From a virus, in IMG/VR virus record IMGVR_UViG_3300028800_000009, positions 8,122-72,121 of that record: a stretch of 64,000 bases of DNA; one strand, 5' to 3'. A program made the translations under genes and the position numbers. Below, piece by piece: positions 58,952-64,000 of the stretch. Under the pieces are notes generated by a model, which saw only the letters and a list, made by a program, of their open reading frames with translations, did not search any database and was not told the origin of the DNA. Within the stretch, counting starts at the first letter, position 1. Each line of letters begins with the position of its first letter.

Positions 58952-59461
58952 CTATTTTACGAGTTCGACCGTATGAGCCGGAAGTGGTACCTCTAGATCA
59001 CGATTAAATAGTTGAAGTAAAAGGAATATCCGTCCTCGCTCGCGCCCCAAGAATTTGCCGATACGGTCGCTATAGGCGCCCGAAGTCACGCGTAGATCAG
59101 CGCCGGGCAGGAGGCTAAGCAACCATGCGTCGCCACTCGGGGTCTCAAATTCACCGCTCTCGATCCGCGAGCGAAGCTCCGCTACGAGTGAGCCTGATAG
59201 GGATGATGGCTTCTCGCGCCCGACCGGAAGGAGCCCGAGGACGCCGCGCGTCGACCGAACGTCGCGCCACCGGTCGCTCGACTCGACGAAGATATAACCC
59301 GGAAAGAGCGGAGCGTCCCGACATCGTCGCGCGCCACGGACGACCCGGCAAAGCTCATAGGTCGGACTGTACGCAACGAAGCCGTCCTCCACCAACTTTT
59401 CGTACGCAACGCGCTCAGCCCAGGGGTGAGTTACGGCGACAAACCAGGGATTTTCGCTCAT
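58952..59461 (-). CDS. NusG/RfaH-family transcription antiterminator
   Basis: WFVAVT, PLFPGYIFV, STRGV and a KOW-like C-terminus. Confidence 0.88.
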   Translation of the reverse strand: MSENPWFVAVTHPWAERVAYEKLVEDGFVAYSPTYELCRVVRGARRCRDAPLFPGYIFVESSDRWRDVRSTRGVLGLLPVGREKPSSLSGSLVAELRSRIESGEFETPSGDAWLLSLLPGADLRVTSGAYSDRIGKFLGRERGRIFLLLQLFNRDLEVPLPAHTVELVK

Positions 59462-59659
59462 ACCCCCTCTACCCTGTATCGTACGATAGGGGGTAGGCTG
59501 GATTTCGCTATCTTTTCAATACCCCGACCCCCTCTACCCCCTCTACCCCCTATAATATAAAGGTTAGTATTAAAACGCGTATTGCGCCGCGCCGTGGCGC
59601 CTATACGGAGTAGGGGGTCGGGGGGGTTTAGGGGGGTATGTTCCATTTTTGTTCCTATC

Positions 59660-61948
59660 TTAGAAGGGGATTTCATCGTTATCGGTAAGTATTCCCTTAC
59701 CGTCTCCGTCATAGAAGCGTGGGTTAGGTTTCCCTATTTCCCACCGGTAGAGGTCTAAAACGCCCGATCCGTCGCGCTCGATCACTATACGCGAGTTGCG
59801 TTCGACCGCGTCTCCCCGGGCATAGCAATTTTTGATTTTTCCGTCGAAGGTTAGCTTCGTTCGCTCCCAGCCTAGAGCCCTCATCGCTTCGCCAAGCCGA
59901 ACGAAGTGATCCTGTAATCTCATCCCTTCGGGAATATTAACGACCGCCCAGATGTCGGCGGCCAATATCCTACCGGTTACTTCACCCGAGGCGTTCGCGA
60001 CGCGCTCTAGCGCTTTCTCGACGAGCGAAACCCAGGGCTCATCGACGAAACGCTTCGATTGCTCTTCCGCCGCGGCGGTCCAGAGGCTCTGATCTAACCG
60101 GATCGAGACCCCCGCGACTTCGAGAGCTGCGGCTTCGGCCCAGAGTTGGTCGCGATCGGCGAGGAGCTTCGCGAGGTCGATTGTCCCGATACGGATCGGC
60201 CAGAAGCGGCGATTCCCGGTCGTATCCCTAAGGTAGACATCGGCGTTCGTCGTTCCGACGAAGACGACCGAGCGGCCGGGCTCGGATACGAACTTCCCCC
60301 ACGCGAGGCGCGCGCGGTCGGTCTGCTTCGAAAGGAACTGCTTTAAGGCTTCGACGGCGGCGCCTTTCATTCCCTTCAACTCGCCGACTTCGATGATCCA
60401 TTTACCGGCGAGGGCCTCGATAACCTTATCCTCGTCCATCCCAAGGTGAAAAGAATCGGAGAACCATTCGTCTCGGACCGCGAGGACCCGGAGCGCGGAC
60501 GACTTATCGAGCCCCTGCTCCGGGCTCTCTAGGATTACCATCTCGTCGAACTTGGCCCCCGGCGCCCGCGCCCGCCGCGCCGCCGCTACGAGAAGGAGCC
60601 GCCCGACGGCGGAAGAATAGGGGGTCGCGGCGACGCCGAGGTAGGTCGAGAGCCAGGAATCGACGCGCTTTACGCCATCCCATTTAAGTTCATTCAGGTA
60701 ATCGCGGACGGGATGATACGAATTCGAGAACGCGGCGTCGCGGACGACGGCGTAGAAATATTCGGTCCCTGGGCGGAACCGCCAGCGTGCCTCGATCGAG
60801 AGCCAGAGCCGGGTCATTTCCATATCGTCGAGAAGCCTTAAGGGTTTATCCTCCGGCCCTTCGATCAAATACCTCATGGAGAAAGTATCATAGGAGACGT
60901 CGACGCCGAGCCGGAGCATCGCCAGCCGTATGTTTTCCTGGGTCGCGAGTATTCCCTTAGAGCCCGTCGCGAAGCCTTCCCCGACCTTCGCCCGCGCCTG
61001 GAGCGCCTGCCGAAGCGCATACTCCCCGGGTTTCGCCTGATCTCGTATATGCTCCGAGATACCGTTCTCGGGATCGAGGAGTACGGCTACGATCTCGCGG
61101 TCGCTTCTTCCCGCGCGGACGAGCGCGGCGGCGACGGCGAAGACCGCGCGGCTTCGGTCGCCGCCGAAGTTCCGGTCGCCGGTCGGGTCGGTCCCGAGCT
61201 TCGCGACGCGGCCGACCCATTCGGGTAGATCACCCCTCGGTATAATCGCGTCGTCGGAAGCGCGGACGACGTCCGCCTTCGGCGCCTCTACGCGGGGAAA
61301 CCTTTTATCCTCCGCGTCGTAGACTAACCCCCAGTCGGCCCACTCCTCGCGCGCGAGCGCCTTCGTCCGGCCCTTCTCGCGCTTCTTCTTATCCGGCACG
61401 TTCACGGTGCCGGGGAGCCTCATGATCCGGTCGACGTTGTGACAATGATCACCCCCGAGCGCCCGCTCCAACCCTCGGTTGACCGATTCGATCCGCTCGT
61501 AGTCGTTCGCGCCATGGATGAGGACCGGCTCTTTTAGAAGCCAGAAGGCTTGATAGCCGCCGCCGGAGAACAGGACGACGCTGGGTCTGGGATCGAATGC
61601 TTCGAGTCGCGCTTTTATATCGCGACGCGCGACGAGTAGGTCGACGTCCTTCGGCGGGTCGACGTCCACGTGATAAGCCAAGGCCGCGGCGATCTCTTCT
61701 TTCTCGGCCTTTTTGACCAATATCTTCGCCGGCCGGTTAACGGAAAAGTAGACGTTGCGTTTTCCCTGGCTCCAATTAATCCAGGCTGCCGCTTCCCTCT
61801 CCTGATCCGACCGGTAGGTATGAACTTGAACCTTTCGCGTCTCGGGGTCGATCGCGGTTAAGACCCAGAGCCCTTTGGGCTCCCATCGCTTTAAAAAAGC
61901 GACCGCCTCGTCGGTAACACCGTAGAGGAGTTCGTCCGGCTCGGCCAC
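59660..61948 (-). CDS. Primase-helicase (RepB-like primase plus VirE/VapE ATPase)
   Basis: HVDVD, FSGGGYQAFW, RIMRLPGT; YHPVRDYL, PGAKFD, QGLDKS, D.TGNRRFWP. Confidence 0.88.
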   Translation of the reverse strand: MAEPDELLYGVTDEAVAFLKRWEPKGLWVLTAIDPETRKVQVHTYRSDQEREAAAWINWSQGKRNVYFSVNRPAKILVKKAEKEEIAAALAYHVDVDPPKDVDLLVARRDIKARLEAFDPRPSVVLFSGGGYQAFWLLKEPVLIHGANDYERIESVNRGLERALGGDHCHNVDRIMRLPGTVNVPDKKKREKGRTKALAREEWADWGLVYDAEDKRFPRVEAPKADVVRASDDAIIPRGDLPEWVGRVAKLGTDPTGDRNFGGDRSRAVFAVAAALVRAGRSDREIVAVLLDPENGISEHIRDQAKPGEYALRQALQARAKVGEGFATGSKGILATQENIRLAMLRLGVDVSYDTFSMRYLIEGPEDKPLRLLDDMEMTRLWLSIEARWRFRPGTEYFYAVVRDAAFSNSYHPVRDYLNELKWDGVKRVDSWLSTYLGVAATPYSSAVGRLLLVAAARRARAPGAKFDEMVILESPEQGLDKSSALRVLAVRDEWFSDSFHLGMDEDKVIEALAGKWIIEVGELKGMKGAAVEALKQFLSKQTDRARLAWGKFVSEPGRSVVFVGTTNADVYLRDTTGNRRFWPIRIGTIDLAKLLADRDQLWAEAAALEVAGVSIRLDQSLWTAAAEEQSKRFVDEPWVSLVEKALERVANASGEVTGRILAADIWAVVNIPEGMRLQDHFVRLGEAMRALGWERTKLTFDGKIKNCYARGDAVERNSRIVIERDGSGVLDLYRWEIGKPNPRFYDGDGKGILTDNDEIPF

Positions 61949-61950
61949 GA

Positions 61951-62157
61951 CTACCGAACCTTCCGCCTGATCGGCCTTTCTCGGATAAACGCCTCGACCT
62001 CGTCGACGTAGTAGAACCGCGCGTGCCCGAGCCCGTAGACCGGGAGCCCGGCCTCTTCCCATGCCTCGACTTGGTCTTTCGAGAGTGAGTATCGTAGCTT
62101 AAGCTCGTCGCGCGTGATCATTTCCCCGCGGCTTACCGCCGCCGTCGCGCTGGCCAT
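61951..62157 (-). CDS. Small HTH DNA-binding protein
   Basis: W...GLP.....ARF....V..F, an excisionase/AlpA-like pattern. Confidence 0.65.
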   Translation of the reverse strand: MASATAAVSRGEMITRDELKLRYSLSKDQVEAWEEAGLPVYGLGHARFYYVDEVEAFIRERPIRRKVR

Positions 62158-62179
62158 TCTAGCTACTCCCACGCATGTA

Positions 62180-62306
62180 CGATTTACGGCATAAATAGGG
62201 CGTAACTCTATAACCCCTATTTTTCCCTAAGTAAACCGTAAAAATACCCTATTTACTTTTCCCGCCGAGGCGCGTAACGTAGCCGAACCTAACCGGGAGA
62301 ATCAAT
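62180..62306. promoter_or_regulatory. Divergent promoter region; + strand promoter plus conserved leader (copy 5)
   Basis: + strand TTTACT-17-TAACGT then GAACCTAACCGGGAGAATC; - strand TTTACT-17-TATAGA; repeated AAATAGGG/CCCTATTT boxes. Confidence 0.7.
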
Positions 62307-62549
62307 ATGGCCGACCCTAACTCCCACTCATCGCGGCCCGAGGGCGCCGTCGTCGCCCTCCGCTCGCCGGCCCGTACCCCGATCGCCGTATGCTTGATCG
62401 GTGCCTACAACGTCGCGCGTAAGCTCGATCGAGAAACGATCGAGCGTAGCGGAATTATCGACCTCCTCCTTCTCTACGCCGAGAAGCACGCTAACCCCTC
62501 GGCGAGAGCCCTCGCGGCCGACCTCGCTGCCAAACTTACGGAGAAATAA
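62307..62549 (+). CDS. Hypothetical protein
   Basis: Follows the conserved leader. Confidence 0.6.
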   Translation: MADPNSHSSRPEGAVVALRSPARTPIAVCLIGAYNVARKLDRETIERSGIIDLLLLYAEKHANPSARALAADLAAKLTEK

Positions 62550-62830
62550 TGCGTCCCATCTATACCGTCGTCGCCGTCTTCGCGCTCCTTACCTTCGCCG
62601 CCGCGCGCGCGGCCGATAAACCTATCCCTCCGGCCGCCGCCGACGCACCCCTTCCGCTCCCCGCTAAGGTTCACTACGACGACCTAAGCGGGGACGAGGC
62701 CCAGACGATCATTATTGCGCTGGGCCGGTCGAGCGTCGCCGCCTCGGTCGTCGTTCCGCTGATGAACAAGCTCTCGGCTCAGCTTACCGAGCAGGCGAAG
62801 GCCGAAGCCGCGAAGAAGAATCTCCCATGA
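62549..62830 (+). CDS. Small signal-peptide protein
   Basis: MRPIYTVVAVFALLTFAAARA signal. Confidence 0.65.
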   Translation: MRPIYTVVAVFALLTFAAARAADKPIPPAAADAPLPLPAKVHYDDLSGDEAQTIIIALGRSSVAASVVVPLMNKLSAQLTEQAKAEAAKKNLP

Positions 62831-62982
62831 GCATCGATTGCGCTTCGGTATTCCTACACGCAAAACGGTTGAGGTTACTTGTCATCGGATCGGCGGTCCT
62901 CTTCGGCTTATGCCGTCACGCCGCAACTCGCCGCCGAATTCATCCTTGCCGCGATAGCGGTGTAGCATAATAGGAGCCGAGC

Positions 62983-64000
62983 TTGATTCAGCTTTCGACC
63001 ATTCGATGCGCCGTCGATATCCTCAAGGGGAGATTGCCGGGCGCGCTCGCGATGCTCAAGGCGCGCGATGCCTCGATTGCAATTCGACACACTGACGATA
63101 GTGCGTCGTGTGAGATTACATTTTACTTCGACCGAGACACCAAAAGCGCAGGGAATGCCTATCGAGCGATCGAGCGCATTTACGAGATGACCCGCGAACA
63201 ATTTCCAAAGCGATAAGGGAGCCCGCCGTGTTCGTTGCGCTGCCAACCGAAATCCACGACCAAATCGACGCGCTGATTGATGGCGCCATCGCAAAGACGC
63301 CGGAGGCCGCTGGCGAACGCGCGGACCTACGCGCGCAGCTCGTGCGCTATTTCTGCGATTGGGATCATCTGCCGACGGCACAGAATCTATCAATCGAACG
63401 GAGACAGCAAGATGGCGAATGATCTCATTGAAGAAGCTCGGCGCGTCGCGATGCGGATTTGTCCGATCCCATCGCAAGTAGAAGATGGCGATTCTATCGA
63501 ACGCATGCCAGACGACCTGCTCCAGGCATGTAGCGTAATTAGTCGCCTGTGCGATGCCGTTGAGGTCCGCGATGGCGAAGAGACAGGCTGGGTTATCGAG
63601 CACGGCCGCTCGCAGCCATCGCATCCTGAATATTGGGCGGCTACTGGTTTCGACCATGACAACCTGAAGGCCATTCGCTTCGCACGGAAAGAAGATGCGG
63701 AGCGCGTCGCGAATGCGTTGGGCGGCGGCTGGCCGGAAGGCTATCACCGCATTGCCGATCATATGTGGTGCCGGTGATGTTGGGGCACAACGTCCGGGTC
63801 TATCTCAGCTCGCCAAAAGAAGACGTGAGCGGAGCCAACGATGAATGAGCGATGCGGCTGGTGCAGCAGCGAAACGAGCAAGGTCTACCACACCGGCTAT
63901 TGTCCGCAGGTAAAGGCAATCGAGTACTATCCCGACGGATCGGTGAAGCGCGTCGAATTCCATTCGCATCAGTCAACAATTACGATGGACCCGCGAGTGC
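62983..64000 (+). CDS. Run of small accessory ORFs (62983-63216, 63228-63422, 63412-63777, 63777-63848, 63841 to window end)
   Basis: Coupled + strand ORFs with accessory-type composition. Confidence 0.55.

Noticed and set aside
61951-62157. Excisionase implying a temperate lifestyle
   Set aside because: No integrase, repressor or att site was recognised in the window; the HTH fold alone is not enough.
1-64000. tRNA/rRNA genes, introns, inteins and terminal redundancy
   Set aside because: None were recognisable by eye. Polymerase, RNR and terminase motifs are normally spaced, and the window ends do not overlap.

Overview
This window is most of the genome of a ~64+ kb dsDNA myophage with no recognisable integrase; its two ends do not overlap, so some sequence is missing. 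The + strand arm (1-21.4 kb and 62.3-64 kb) holds replication and nucleotide-metabolism genes (SMC-like ATPase, exonuclease, SSB, dcd, sliding-clamp-like protein, two DNA methyltransferases, Dda-like helicase, resolvase, class II RNR) and a mosaic of small accessory ORFs. The - strand arm (21.6-62.2 kb) runs from primase-helicase and a NusG-like factor through terminase, DUF1073 portal, DUF2213 protease, DUF2184 capsid, DUF3383 sheath, baseplate and fibres to lysis. The host is probably an alphaproteobacterium (inference). The most striking items are: (1) one 1108-aa ORF fusing a GREB1/TAGT-like DNA glycosyltransferase to a family-B DNA polymerase, with no hydroxymethylase or TET gene visible; (2) strong CpA/TpG depletion in sampled core genes but not accessory genes; (3) a run of Cys-rich, signal-peptide-bearing proteins in the tail-fibre locus, two sharing an N-terminal SSPWHGS tag; (4) repeated boundary motifs and duplicated fragments in the accessory gene array. 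All family assignments come from motif recognition by eye, not database searches.
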